From positions 100 through 64,099 of the forward strand of contig CALVYD010000007.1 of assembly GCA_944371995.1 (NCBI GenBank): DNA of 64,000 bases. Reading direction: 5' to 3'. The notes beneath the pieces were generated by a model. That model was given only the letters and a program-made list of their open reading frames with translations. It did no database searches and was not told the origin of the DNA. Positions 17,894 through 28,450 of the stretch are shown here, in pieces. This stretch comes from an uncultured Bacilli bacterium (GTDB lineage Bacteria; Bacillota_I; Bacilli_A; RF39; UBA660). The translations under genes were made by a program, and so were the position numbers. Numbering within the stretch: the first letter of the stretch is position 1; every line of letters begins with the position of its first letter.

Positions 17894-20800
17894 TTAAGAT
17901 AAAAATTTACGATAGATTAAATCTAACAATGATGTTAAATAATAGATAGGATGTTTTTCTAATTTTATAATATCCAAAATAATAACTAAATTAGATCCTC
18001 TACTTAAAAATCTAAAAGAAGGACTAATTTCATAAGAATCCATAAATAATTCATCCACTTTAATATTAGATACAACCTCCGCAGGGAACACTAATTCAAT
18101 AGAATTTTTCGTTTGAGAAACCCTTTTAACGTGAACATTGTTAGCAAGTTTTTCAAACCATTCCTCATACATATAAACAAGCATATCTTCACTAATACGT
18201 CCAAAACGGTCTTCTAATTCCTGTTTTACTTCTTCTAATTTTTCCTTAGAATCAATTTCATTAATTTTACGATGAATTTCAATCTTTAAGTCGTCTTCAT
18301 TAACATAACTATCATCAATATGCGTACTAACACTTAATAATGGCTTAGTATCTTCTACTTCCTCTTCCTCCGGTAAAGAAAGATTCTTCTTACGCAAAAC
18401 TTCCTCATTTAATAATCTCAAATATAAATCAATTCCAACAGAATCAATAAAACCAGCTTGTTCACTACCAAGAATATCACCAGCACCACGAATAGACAAA
18501 TCTCTTGTTGCAATACTAAAACCACTACCAAGTGCCGTAAACTCCTTAATGACATTAAGTCTCTTAATAGCAGATTCCGTTAATACCTTAGCTGGATGAT
18601 ACATCAAATAAGCATAAGCAAATTTATCGCTACGACCAACCCTACCACGAATCTGATATAACTGACTAAGACCAAATCGATCAGCATCCATAATAATCAA
18701 AGTATTAACATTCGGTATATCAATACCCGTTTCAATAATAGTAGTACACACCAAAATATCATATTCGTGATTAATAAAATCCAAAATTCTATTTTCCAAA
18801 TCACTTTTATTCATTTGTCCATGAGCAGTAATAATTCTAGCATCAGGAACTAAACTTTGTATACGATACTTTTCTTCTTCAATAGACTCTACTTTATTAT
18901 AAAGAATAAAAACTTGACCATCACGAGATAATTCTTTATAAATAGCATCCTTTAAAATTTGCTTATTTTCTTCAATAACATAAGTTTGTACAGGATACCG
19001 ATTAACAGGTGGAGTCTCAATTAATGATAAACTTCGAATACCAACCAAAGACATTTGTAACGTTCTAGGAATTGGTGTAGCAGTTAAAGTCAAAACATCC
19101 ACATTTGTTTTATACTTTTTAATTTTTTCTTTATGAGTAACACCAAATCTTTGCTCTTCATCAATAACCAAAAGACCAAGATTTTTAGGTTTAATATCAT
19201 CACTTAATAAACGATGTGTACCAAAAACCAAATCAATCGTACCATTAGAAAGACCTTCAATAATACGTCTTACTTCTTTAGGAGATGTAAATCTATTTAA
19301 AAGACCAATAGAAACAGGAAAGTCTTTAAACCTAACCATAGCATTCTCATAATGCTGATTAGATAAAATAGTAGTAGGACATAAGAATAATACTTGTTTA
19401 GAATCTAAAATAGCTTTAAAAGCCGCAACAAAAGCCACTTCCGTCTTACCAAAACCAACATCACCACATAATAGACGATCCATAGGAGCCGGTTTTTCCA
19501 TATCTTCTTTAATCTGTACAATAGCTCGTTTCTGATCTGGTGTTAATTCATAAGGAAACCGTGATTCAAAATCAAGCATTAAATCATTATCCGGAGAAAA
19601 AGCAAAACCTTTTCTTGCTTCACGTTCCGCATATAATTGCAATAAATCATCGGCCATATCTTGAACTTTTTTCTTAACACGATTTTTAGTTTTTTGCCAT
19701 TCTGTACCACCAAGTTTATTAATTTTAGGAGCATATCCCTCTTTACCTGTATATTTACTAAGTAAATCAATTTTTTCAACAGGTATATATAATTTATCCT
19801 CTCCCTGATATAAAACTTCTACATAATCTTTAACAACACCAGAAGATGCAAGTGTTTTTATTCCATTATAAACACCAATACCATGAACATTATGAACAAC
19901 ATAATCCCCTACTTCCAATTTGTTAATATCAGAAATAGTAGAAGAATATTTAAACTTTGTACGATACTTTTTCTGCTTTTCTTTAAAAATAAATAATTCA
20001 TTAGCAGTCAAAAAAACATAATCTTGATAAATAAAACCAGAACGTATAGGCTTTGAAACTAAATTTACTTGATTGATTTCTATATGATCAAAATCAGTCT
20101 CAACGACTTTCATATTAAGAAACTTCATAACACTAAATATTTGATACTTCTGTAAACATAAAACAACAGCCTTACCATCATCAATAGCCTTACGAATAAA
20201 CTGATTAATACTGTCAGCATTTTCATTAAAATTATTAATCGTATGAACATTAAAATCTATAATATTATCAGAAAGATAATGGTCAATATTCATATAATAA
20301 ACAGGATAATCTACTGATATTTGCGAAAAATCAAACATATAATTACCATGAAAAGAAACATCTTTAGTACTCTGATAAGTAAATACCTCTTCCATAATTT
20401 GCTGAAAACTTACCTTTAGCTGCTCATAATCTTTAAAAAATGTAATAGCTGGTTTTAAATAATCAGAAATAGAAGATACCTCTTCATACTTTGGTAAATA
20501 TTTTTGTTTAAACGCCTCTTCCTCTAAAACCTGCTTATCAGTTAAAAACTCTGTACAAGGCAAAATTAATACAGAAGAAATATTAGATAATGACTTTTGA
20601 GTATCAGGATCAAAATAACGGATAGACTCAATCTCATCATCAAAAAACTCTATACGAACTGGATTATCACTTTCCACAGGAAAAACATCAATAATAAAAC
20701 CTCGAACAGCAAACTCACCTGTTTTATTAACAATAGTATCTCGATTATACCCTGATTGCACTAGCTTTTCCACCAACTTTTGTGGATTAAATTGTTTACC

Positions 20801-21187
20801 TACACTAAGTTCCACAAAAAACTGTGGATATTTTTCTCTTGCAGGCAAAAATCTCAAATATCCCATCAAATTAGTAATAACAATACCCTTTTTTTCAAAA
20901 ATAGTATGTATTGTTTCTAAACGATTATATTGAAGTTCAGGACTAACAGCCAAAGCTTCACTAGTTAAAAAATCATCCATAGGAAACAAATAAACGTCAT
21001 CAGTATAATTAGATAGTGAAGAATATAACTGGTTTGCTTCATATAAAGAATTTACAACAACTAGTATATTTTTGTTTTGATTTATAAAAGTCGAATATAA
21101 TACAACGCAAAAAAACTCATCGGTAAGACCTGTAATACCTGAGTCCTTTTTTAATTCAATATTTCCTATTTTCTGAAAAACATTCAT
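17894..21187 (-). CDS. mfd: transcription-repair coupling factor
   Basis: 1097 aa. UvrB-homology N-region, CarD/TRCF RNAP-interaction domain (GDYVVHNVHGIGVY), superfamily-2 helicase motifs (GDVGFGKTEVA, DEEQRFG, TATPIPRTL). Confidence 0.95.
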   Translation of the reverse strand: MNVFQKIGNIELKKDSGITGLTDEFFCVVLYSTFINQNKNILVVVNSLYEANQLYSSLSNYTDDVYLFPMDDFLTSEALAVSPELQYNRLETIHTIFEKKGIVITNLMGYLRFLPAREKYPQFFVELSVGKQFNPQKLVEKLVQSGYNRDTIVNKTGEFAVRGFIIDVFPVESDNPVRIEFFDDEIESIRYFDPDTQKSLSNISSVLILPCTEFLTDKQVLEEEAFKQKYLPKYEEVSSISDYLKPAITFFKDYEQLKVSFQQIMEEVFTYQSTKDVSFHGNYMFDFSQISVDYPVYYMNIDHYLSDNIIDFNVHTINNFNENADSINQFIRKAIDDGKAVVLCLQKYQIFSVMKFLNMKVVETDFDHIEINQVNLVSKPIRSGFIYQDYVFLTANELFIFKEKQKKYRTKFKYSSTISDINKLEVGDYVVHNVHGIGVYNGIKTLASSGVVKDYVEVLYQGEDKLYIPVEKIDLLSKYTGKEGYAPKINKLGGTEWQKTKNRVKKKVQDMADDLLQLYAEREARKGFAFSPDNDLMLDFESRFPYELTPDQKRAIVQIKEDMEKPAPMDRLLCGDVGFGKTEVAFVAAFKAILDSKQVLFLCPTTILSNQHYENAMVRFKDFPVSIGLLNRFTSPKEVRRIIEGLSNGTIDLVFGTHRLLSDDIKPKNLGLLVIDEEQRFGVTHKEKIKKYKTNVDVLTLTATPIPRTLQMSLVGIRSLSLIETPPVNRYPVQTYVIEENKQILKDAIYKELSRDGQVFILYNKVESIEEEKYRIQSLVPDARIITAHGQMNKSDLENRILDFINHEYDILVCTTIIETGIDIPNVNTLIIMDADRFGLSQLYQIRGRVGRSDKFAYAYLMYHPAKVLTESAIKRLNVIKEFTALGSGFSIATRDLSIRGAGDILGSEQAGFIDSVGIDLYLRLLNEEVLRKKNLSLPEEEEVEDTKPLLSVSTHIDDSYVNEDDLKIEIHRKINEIDSKEKLEEVKQELEDRFGRISEDMLVYMYEEWFEKLANNVHVKRVSQTKNSIELVFPAEVVSNIKVDELFMDSYEISPSFRFLSRGSNLVIILDIIKLEKHPIYYLTSLLDLIYRKFLS

Positions 21188-21191
21188 AAAA

Positions 21192-21761
21192 TCACCTATT
21201 CTTACGATTATAGCGATTCATTAAAGACAAAAAATCCATAGAAAAATAATCATCTATAACATTTACTAAGTCTGAAAATAATTCATTTAAAATGATATTT
21301 TCTTCTTTAGAAAATCTTCCTAATACATAATCTTTAGTTTCACGATTTTTATCATTAGAAATTCCTATCTTTAACCTCTTATATTCTTGAGTATGGATAC
21401 ATGCTTCAATATTTCTAAGACCATTATGTCCACCACAAGAACCTTTATCTTTTAATTTAAAATTCCCAACATTCAAATCTAAATCATCAGAAATAACCAA
21501 TATATCTGACGTATCTATCTTAAAAAATTGAACAAACTGACTAACAACTATTCCTGATAAATTCATATACGATTGTGGTTTTAAAAACAAAACTTTCTCA
21601 CCATGGATATTAGTCTCAAAACAAAGTCCTTGAAACTTACTTTTCCAGCTTGGAATAATATTCTTTTTAGATAAATAAAAATCAATAAAAGAAAAGCCAA
21701 TATTATGTCTCGTACCCGAGTACTCTTTACCTGGATTACCAAGACCAACGATTAATTTCAC
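21192..21761 (-). CDS. pth: peptidyl-tRNA hydrolase
   Basis: MKLIVGLGNPGKEYSGTRHNIGF..., GGHNGLRNI. Confidence 0.93.
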   Translation of the reverse strand: MKLIVGLGNPGKEYSGTRHNIGFSFIDFYLSKKNIIPSWKSKFQGLCFETNIHGEKVLFLKPQSYMNLSGIVVSQFVQFFKIDTSDILVISDDLDLNVGNFKLKDKGSCGGHNGLRNIEACIHTQEYKRLKIGISNDKNRETKDYVLGRFSKEENIILNELFSDLVNVIDDYFSMDFLSLMNRYNRKNR

Positions 21762-21803
21762 ACAATCACCTCTTAATAATTACTTTAATCTAAAATCCAA
21801 ATT

Positions 21804-21817
21804 ATTTCCCGGGAAAT
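21804..21817. promoter_or_regulatory. Noc-binding site (NBS) palindrome ATTTCCCGGGAAAT
   Basis: Exact match to the B. subtilis NBS 14-mer consensus. Embedded in the 22-bp perfect palindrome AATTATTTCCCGGGAAATAATT (21800-21821) between rsmI and pth. An identical 22-mer is at 29540-29561. Confidence 0.75.
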
Positions 21818-21819
21818 AA

Positions 21820-22662
21820 TTATTTCTTATTTTCATGATATTCTTTATAAATGATAGACTTAGCCACTCCTCTTTCTCTAGCAACTGTCTTAATCGCATC
21901 TTTTTCAGACATTCCATCATCCAAATAAAGTTGTACATGTTCCAAAACAGACATACTAGAATAATCTATTTTCTCATGATTACCATCTACAATTAAAACG
22001 AATTCTCCTCTTAATTCAGAAACAATTGGAATTAGTTCCTGTATTGTACCACGACAAATCTCTTCATGCAACTTTGAAATTTCTCTATGAATACTAATAT
22101 TACGATTACCAAAAACTTCTAACATATACCCTAAAGTTTTTTCAATACGATGTGGTGCTTCATAAAAAATCAACGTATAAGGTAACTTACTTAAGCTCAT
22201 AAGTTCTGCTTTAATCTTAGATTCTTTCGTTTGCAAAAATCCATAAAATAAGAATGGTGATGGAGAAATTCCAGAAGAAGTTAAAGCAGGAACGAATGCT
22301 GTAGCGCCTGGAAGAGCAATAACATTAAAATGATGTTCAATAACTGCCTTAGAAACAACATAGCCAGGATCACTTACAACAGGAGATCCCTGATCAGTAA
22401 TTAGACCTATATTTTTTCCACTAGCTAGTTCAGAAATAACATATTCTTTTATTTTATCTTCATTATACTCATGACAGCTAACAAGTTTTTTCTTAATATG
22501 AAAATGATTAAGTAACTTACTACTTTCTCTAGTATCTTCACATAAAATAAAATCAACAATCTCCAACGTCTTTAGTGCCCTTACTGTAATATCATCCAAA
22601 TTTCCAATTGGAGTAGGAATTAAATATAAACTAGCACTACCATCATAACTACTCTGTCTCAC
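21820..22662 (-). CDS. rsmI: 16S rRNA (cytidine1402-2'-O)-methyltransferase
   Basis: LYLIPTPIGNLDDITVRALKTL..., CEDTRES, tetrapyrrole-methylase fold pattern. Confidence 0.88.
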   Translation of the reverse strand: MRQSSYDGSASLYLIPTPIGNLDDITVRALKTLEIVDFILCEDTRESSKLLNHFHIKKKLVSCHEYNEDKIKEYVISELASGKNIGLITDQGSPVVSDPGYVVSKAVIEHHFNVIALPGATAFVPALTSSGISPSPFLFYGFLQTKESKIKAELMSLSKLPYTLIFYEAPHRIEKTLGYMLEVFGNRNISIHREISKLHEEICRGTIQELIPIVSELRGEFVLIVDGNHEKIDYSSMSVLEHVQLYLDDGMSEKDAIKTVARERGVAKSIIYKEYHENKK

Positions 22663-23392
22663 TAGACTTCACCTCTACTAAAAAACGCTCATACTCTGAA
22701 GAATAACTACCATCATCCATTTTCATAATAAAAGGAGACTCAACTTTTAATCCAAGTTTTCCATGTTTAATTCCTTCTATTAAAACTAACGTAGATGGTT
22801 TATGTACAAACTCATAAACAAAACGAACTCTTTTAGGTTCAATATGATACTTTCTAAATAAATCAAAAATTTCAAGTAACCTTTCTGTCCGATGTACCAT
22901 AGCAAAAGTCCCGTTATTTTTAAGTAATTTACTAGCAACCATCACTACTTCTTCTAAAGATATTTTAACTTCATGTCTAGCAATCGTCTTTTCAACACTT
23001 TCATTAAAATAATTCTTATCATTAACTTTAAAATATGGAGGATTACAAGTAATAACATCATATTTTTCTATTGTATCACTAGAAACATAATCCTTCATAT
23101 CAGAACAGATAATAGATATTTGATTATTTAATTGATTATAAAAAACTGATTTTGAAGCTAAAGCAGATAGTTTAGGCTGAATCTCTACTCCTGTAATTTT
23201 TTTATTTGTACGAAGAGATAAAATCAATGGAATAACACCATTACCAGTACCTAAATCTAATATTTCTTTATCACGTAAACGTATTGTTACAAAATTAGCA
23301 AGCATAACACTATCTAAAGAAAAAGAAAAAAAATCAGTATTTTGATAAATTTTTCGATTAGGATAACCTAAAATATCATTCAGAACTTCCAT
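22649..23392 (-). CDS. SAM-dependent tRNA (adenine-N6) methyltransferase, YabB/TrmN6-like
   Basis: DLGTGNGVIPL (SAM motif I), ITCNPPYF (NPPY). Position equals B. subtilis yabB. Confidence 0.75.
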   Translation of the reverse strand: MEVLNDILGYPNRKIYQNTDFFSFSLDSVMLANFVTIRLRDKEILDLGTGNGVIPLILSLRTNKKITGVEIQPKLSALASKSVFYNQLNNQISIICSDMKDYVSSDTIEKYDVITCNPPYFKVNDKNYFNESVEKTIARHEVKISLEEVVMVASKLLKNNGTFAMVHRTERLLEIFDLFRKYHIEPKRVRFVYEFVHKPSTLVLIEGIKHGKLGLKVESPFIMKMDDGSYSSEYERFLVEVKSSETE

Positions 23393-24179
23393 GGTAATCT
23401 TCCTTTTTTATATCAACAAAACCTTTTTCTTTTAAATCAACTTGAAAGGAACCCTTGAAAACATCTATAGAAGAAACCTTACCAGTACCAAAACTAGTTT
23501 CAACCATAGTCCCAATCTTAGGATAACCCTTTTTTAATTCTGTATAAAGATCATTCTCATAGCCTAAACAACATAAAAGGCGACCACATATACCATTAAT
23601 CTTAGAAGGATTTAAAGCAAGAAATTGATTTTTAGCCATATTAATAGATACACTATTAAAATCTGTTAAAAAGGTATGACAACATAAAAATAATCCACAA
23701 GGACCAAGACCACCAATTTTTTTAGCTTTATCACGAACACCTATCTGCCTTAATTCAATTCTAGTTTTATATTTTTGTGCAAGCTTTTTAGCTAATTCTC
23801 TAAAATCAACACGATTATCAGCAACAAAAGAAAAAATCAACTGACTTTTATCAAAAGTATAAAAACAATCTACAAAATTCATATCTAACCCTAATTCTTT
23901 ACTATACTTTTTAGCTATATCCAAAGCCTTAATAGATTTCTCATTATTATCATTAATCTGCTTCAAATCTTCTGGTGTTGCTACTCTAATAACAGAATAC
24001 GAATCAGTTGGTAAATTATCCTCTGATTCAAGATAAGGTTCTTTCTTCACTACTGCTGAATCTATTCCTGATTCTCCCTTAATTATAACAACATCACCCA
24101 ATTTACACTCTATATTGTTTACATCAGCATATAAAAAAGATTTACTAATAGGTAACATAATTCCAATTACATTTTTCAT
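23376..24179 (-). CDS. ricT: PSP1-domain regulatory protein RicT (YaaT)
   Basis: ...RIELRQIGVRDKAKKIGGLGPCGLFLCCHTFL...GICGRLLCCLGYE..., conserved Cys cluster of YaaT. Follows holB. Confidence 0.85.
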   Translation of the reverse strand: MKNVIGIMLPISKSFLYADVNNIECKLGDVVIIKGESGIDSAVVKKEPYLESEDNLPTDSYSVIRVATPEDLKQINDNNEKSIKALDIAKKYSKELGLDMNFVDCFYTFDKSQLIFSFVADNRVDFRELAKKLAQKYKTRIELRQIGVRDKAKKIGGLGPCGLFLCCHTFLTDFNSVSINMAKNQFLALNPSKINGICGRLLCCLGYENDLYTELKKGYPKIGTMVETSFGTGKVSSIDVFKGSFQVDLKEKGFVDIKKEDYHGSSE

Positions 24180-25019
24180 CTATTTCACCTCCACAAAACG
24201 GGAAAAGATGGAATCTAACCATAATTTATAATTAATATTATACACCAATTTAGGAATTTCCTCCTCAATTATTGTAATATAAGACAAGATTTTATCTCTA
24301 TGAGTATCGTTTAAAAAAGAAGTTTGTTTATTTTCCTGTCCTGACAAAAACTGAATAAATATTTTCTCAACAATATCAAAAACTTCTTTTGCAACAGTTT
24401 TATCAGGCATAATACTATCTAAAATTTCCTTATAATAAACAAACAAATCATCGCCTGAAATTAAATAACGAATAAATCGAATAACCGTATCATCAACAGA
24501 AGAAATTTCAGTAGAATCAACTAAAGATAAAACCTGACATCTAGATAAAATAGTATCTAATACTTGATATCTATTTTTAGTTAGTAAAATAGCAATAATT
24601 CCTTCTTCTGGTTCCTCTAAAAACTTTAAAATAGTATTAGCAGAAGATGGATTAAGTTTTTCAGCTTCTCTAATAATATATACCCTTCTATGACCAATCA
24701 AGGAATAATTTTGATACTCTTCTTTCAAACTTAAAAGTTGTTTTTTCTTAATCTGCATACCATCTGCTTCTATAATCTCTAAATCTGGAAAATTACCTTC
24801 ATCAATCAATTGACAAGTATTACATCTATTACAGTTTAAACCATCTATATTAGAAACTGAATAAGGACATAATATCATTTTTACAAACAACAAAACAAAG
24901 GGATAATCTAAAGAAACATCCCCTAATTCAATTAGATAAGAATGAGATAACTTATCCGTTTTTATAATAGTCTCAATATAATTAACAAATCTCTGTTGTA
25001 TATAAGTTAAATCATTCAT
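24180..25019 (-). CDS. holB: DNA polymerase III subunit delta'
   Basis: ...LSHSYLI..., CNRCNTCQLI zinc module, ANTILKFLEEP, ILSRCQ. Synteny supports the call. Confidence 0.8.
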   Translation of the reverse strand: MNDLTYIQQRFVNYIETIIKTDKLSHSYLIELGDVSLDYPFVLLFVKMILCPYSVSNIDGLNCNRCNTCQLIDEGNFPDLEIIEADGMQIKKKQLLSLKEEYQNYSLIGHRRVYIIREAEKLNPSSANTILKFLEEPEEGIIAILLTKNRYQVLDTILSRCQVLSLVDSTEISSVDDTVIRFIRYLISGDDLFVYYKEILDSIMPDKTVAKEVFDIVEKIFIQFLSGQENKQTSFLNDTHRDKILSYITIIEEEIPKLVYNINYKLWLDSIFSRFVEVK

Positions 25020-25030
25020 ATCATCACCAC

Positions 25031-25216
25031 TTATAAAAATAAAATTCGAAATAATACTAAAGCAAATAAAGCAGGAGTTCCAAGAAAAGTAATAGATAAT
25101 AACGTAATAATGTTGATAGGTAATATCATATTAAAATTAACTGCAATCAAATTATAACCATATAAAATAAAACCGCTAATAATAATTTTTTTAAAACATT
25201 CAACTATTTTTTTCAT
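25031..25216 (-). CDS. bofA: BofA-family (pro-sigma-K processing inhibitor-like) small membrane protein
   Basis: 61 aa. ...NLIAVNFNMILPINIITLLSITFLGTPALFALV resembles BofA ...VNMFG..LGIHVPINLVT...LGIPG. Downstream of recR as in Bacillus. Confidence 0.55.
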   Translation of the reverse strand: MKKIVECFKKIIISGFILYGYNLIAVNFNMILPINIITLLSITFLGTPALFALVLFRILFL

Positions 25217-25256
25217 ATTGTATCACCTTGATAAAAAATATGAAAAAAACCATGAT

Positions 25257-25853
25257 TTATTCTATTTCTTTTCTATCATTTAAAGCTCTTTCTAAAGTTA
25301 GACTGTCAACATATTCCATATCAGCTCCCATGGGAACACCACTAGCAAGTCTAGTAACAACAACACCCAGACCATCCAACACTCGCTTAATATAAAGAGC
25401 TGTAGTCTCACCTTCAATACTTGGACGAAAAGCAAAAATCACTTCTTTAAAATTTTCATTTTTTATTCTATCAATTAGCTTATCTAATCCAATATCTTCT
25501 GGATTAACACCATCTAAAGGAGAAATTAATCCATCCAAAACATGATACATTCCATGAAACATACCCAACCGTTCAAATAAGAATACATTTTTAGTATCTT
25601 CAACTACACATAAAGTCTCTCTATCTCTAGTTGAATCAGAGCAAACAATACATTTATCAGAATCAGTAAACGTATTACAAATAGGACAAGGATGAATTTT
25701 TTCTTTTACAGAAACAAGACTATCTGAGAAAAAAGATACCTGTTCATCCTCAAGTCCTAAAACAGAAAAAGCTAAACGTTCAGCAGTTTTTTCCCCTATT
25801 CCAGGTAAAAACTTAAACGATTCAATTAAGTTTCTAATACTATCTGGATACAT
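25257..25853 (-). CDS. recR: recombination protein RecR
   Basis: MYPDSIRNLIESFKFLPGIGEKTAERLAF, C4 zinc finger CPICNTF...CIVC, Toprim. Confidence 0.95.
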   Translation of the reverse strand: MYPDSIRNLIESFKFLPGIGEKTAERLAFSVLGLEDEQVSFFSDSLVSVKEKIHPCPICNTFTDSDKCIVCSDSTRDRETLCVVEDTKNVFLFERLGMFHGMYHVLDGLISPLDGVNPEDIGLDKLIDRIKNENFKEVIFAFRPSIEGETTALYIKRVLDGLGVVVTRLASGVPMGADMEYVDSLTLERALNDRKEIE

Positions 25854-25861
25854 ATTACCTA

Positions 25862-26158
25862 CTAAAACAATCCAGGAATATTACCAAATTTTCCCATCTT
25901 TTTTTCTGTTGTTTCGTCAACCTTTTTAAATGCTTCATTAATTGCTACTAAAAACATATCCTCTAACATTTCTAAATCATCAGCATCTAAAGAATTAGAC
26001 TTATCAATTTCTACCTTTACAACTTCTTTATTACCTTTAACAGTTACTTTAACAAGAGAACTTTCTCCAACGAATTCCATAGAATCAATTTCTTCTTTAG
26101 CACTCATCATATCTTTTTGTAGTTTTTGAGCTTGTTTTAACATAGCTTGCATATTCAT
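25862..26158 (-). CDS. ybaB: nucleoid-associated protein YbaB/EbfC
   Basis: MNMQAMLKQAQKLQKDM...VKVTVKGNKEV. Start trimmed to the ATG with AGGAGG upstream. Confidence 0.9.
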   Translation of the reverse strand: MNMQAMLKQAQKLQKDMMSAKEEIDSMEFVGESSLVKVTVKGNKEVVKVEIDKSNSLDADDLEMLEDMFLVAINEAFKKVDETTEKKMGKFGNIPGLF

Positions 26159-26171
26159 ATAAACATTCCTC

Positions 26172-27926
26172 CTAATCAATTTCTACAATATCGCCAAATA
26201 ACATACTGGCATCATTAGATATTATATCATCTGTTTCTTCTTTTTTAAACACTTTTTCTGGCTCCTCTAAAACTTCATAATGATTTCCATCTTTTAAATG
26301 TTGAATATACTCTTTCTTTAATTTATCCCATTCTAAGTCAGATACAATAGCAAACTTCTTAGAGGCGTGAGTAATATCCGAATACACCTCTTCCATTTGT
26401 TCTAAATGTAATAAATTCTGCTGTACTATAGATTCATATTCGTAACTTAGAACAATTATATCATTGCTAGCAACACGAAATTTAGAATTTAATAGTTCAC
26501 AAACTAGATAACCTATTTTTTGATCAAAAGTATAGTCATTTAATAATTTTAAATTATCAATTTCATGATTTAAAACTTGTTTATTAGCCAAAGCAAAAGC
26601 GTTATTAATTCGAACTTTTATAATATCATCTAAATTCAAAATATCACCGGTATTAACATTGTCTACAACTTTTTTATCCACAGTAGATAAATCATCTTGA
26701 GAAATAGCATCATCATTAGAATTAGTAGAAATATCCACATTTTTCATTTCAGGTTCAGCAGACTCAACATTTTCATACTTATCATCATTAACAACATTAT
26801 TATGACCTATATTATCATTACTATTTTTTTCAACAGGTTTATTCTTAATTGAACTTACCTTATTATCCACAGATTTTGTGGAATTGGAATCAGAAATATC
26901 AGACATAAAATTCAACAATAATATTTCTATATAAATTTTAGGATTACCACTCTTTTTAATATCGAACATTTTTTCGTTTATAGTAGTGATTAATTTTTCC
27001 ACAAGTAAAACAGAATAATTAATACTATTTTGTTCTACATAATAATCAATCAATAAATCACGTAAATAATACATAAATTGCGACAGAATTTGAATAAGAT
27101 TTTTTCCACTATTATTAAAAGAATTAATTTGATTCAACACTTCTTTATAATTAACGGTAAATACAAAATCACATAATGTTTTTAAATCTTTTTTCGTAAT
27201 CAAACCATTCAATTCAGTATAAATATCCATAGTAATTAAATCATTAGTATAAGAACTAAGCTTATCCAAAATTCCCAAAGAATCGCGCATTCCACCATCA
27301 GATGAGATAGCAATCTCCCTTAAAACGTCATCTTCAATTAAAATATTTTCTTGATTACAAACGTATTTTAATCTTTGCACAATCATATCTGTAGAAATAC
27401 GTTCAAAAGAAAAGCATTGACAACGAGAAATAATAGTCTCAGGAACTTTTTGAGGATCAGTAGTTGCTAAAATAAAGATAGCGTGTTCTGGCGGTTCTTC
27501 TAACGTCTTTAATAACGCATTAAAAGCACCAATAGATAACATATGAACCTCATCAATAATATAAACTTTATATTTCAATTCACCTGGTACAAGATTAATC
27601 TTATTACGTAATTCACGAATCTCATCTACACCATTATTCGAAGCAGCATCAATCTCTAAAATATCAACACATTCTTTTTCACTAGCAATCAAACAATTTA
27701 TACATTTTCCACAAGGATTACCATCAACTGGTTCTAAGCAATTAACTGCTTTAGCAAAAATTTTAGATAAAGAGGTTTTTCCAGTTCCTCTAGATCCAAA
27801 AAACATATACGCATGGCAAAATTTATGCTGCAAAATAGAGTTTTTTAAAACCTTAACTACTGTAGTTTGACCTACAACATCATCAAAAGTTTGAGGCCTA
27901 TATTTTCTATATAAAGCTTGATACAT
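26172..27926 (-). CDS. dnaX: DNA polymerase III subunit gamma/tau
   Basis: MYQALYRKYRPQTFDDVVGQ, GSRGTGKTS, zinc module CGKCINC, IIDEVHML, SRCQ. Low-complexity Asn/Asp-rich linker at about aa 340-430. Confidence 0.95.
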   Translation of the reverse strand: MYQALYRKYRPQTFDDVVGQTTVVKVLKNSILQHKFCHAYMFFGSRGTGKTSLSKIFAKAVNCLEPVDGNPCGKCINCLIASEKECVDILEIDAASNNGVDEIRELRNKINLVPGELKYKVYIIDEVHMLSIGAFNALLKTLEEPPEHAIFILATTDPQKVPETIISRCQCFSFERISTDMIVQRLKYVCNQENILIEDDVLREIAISSDGGMRDSLGILDKLSSYTNDLITMDIYTELNGLITKKDLKTLCDFVFTVNYKEVLNQINSFNNSGKNLIQILSQFMYYLRDLLIDYYVEQNSINYSVLLVEKLITTINEKMFDIKKSGNPKIYIEILLLNFMSDISDSNSTKSVDNKVSSIKNKPVEKNSNDNIGHNNVVNDDKYENVESAEPEMKNVDISTNSNDDAISQDDLSTVDKKVVDNVNTGDILNLDDIIKVRINNAFALANKQVLNHEIDNLKLLNDYTFDQKIGYLVCELLNSKFRVASNDIIVLSYEYESIVQQNLLHLEQMEEVYSDITHASKKFAIVSDLEWDKLKKEYIQHLKDGNHYEVLEEPEKVFKKEETDDIISNDASMLFGDIVEID

Positions 27927-27980
27927 AAATGCACCTCCAAATAAACAAAAATATTATACCATAAAAAAAAGAGAACAAAC

Positions 27981-28430
27981 CTACTTATTTCTCTTCTTTA
28001 CAAAAAATTTTTTCATTAATTCGGATACTTTTTCCACAGCTAAATCATTAGAAATTAAAACATGGGAATTATTTTTATCTTTATTTAATATTTGTTTAAC
28101 AATTTCATAATTAGTAGTATCAGAATTTGATAATCCACAATAAATGTGATTAACTCTCGCCTGTTTTAATAAACTAGCACACATAGGGCAAGGTTCTAGA
28201 GTAACATAAACATCGCAACCTTCTAATCTCCAATTATTTAATTTCTTAGAAGCTTTTTCCACAGCTAAAACTTCTGCATGTTTGCTAGCACAACACAATT
28301 TTTCTTTCTTATTATAAGCTTTAGAGATAACCCTATCATCGCGTACAATAACACATCCAACGGGAACTTCATCAATTAAAAAAGCTTTTTGTGCTTCTTT
28401 TATTGCTAAATCCATAAATTTATTATTCAT
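27981..28430 (-). CDS. tadA: tRNA-specific adenosine deaminase
   Basis: HAEVLA and PCPMC deaminase zinc motifs, 149 aa. Confidence 0.92.
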   Translation of the reverse strand: MNNKFMDLAIKEAQKAFLIDEVPVGCVIVRDDRVISKAYNKKEKLCCASKHAEVLAVEKASKKLNNWRLEGCDVYVTLEPCPMCASLLKQARVNHIYCGLSNSDTTNYEIVKQILNKDKNNSHVLISNDLAVEKVSELMKKFFVKKRNK

Positions 28431-28450
28431 AAAATCACCTAAAAATAAAA

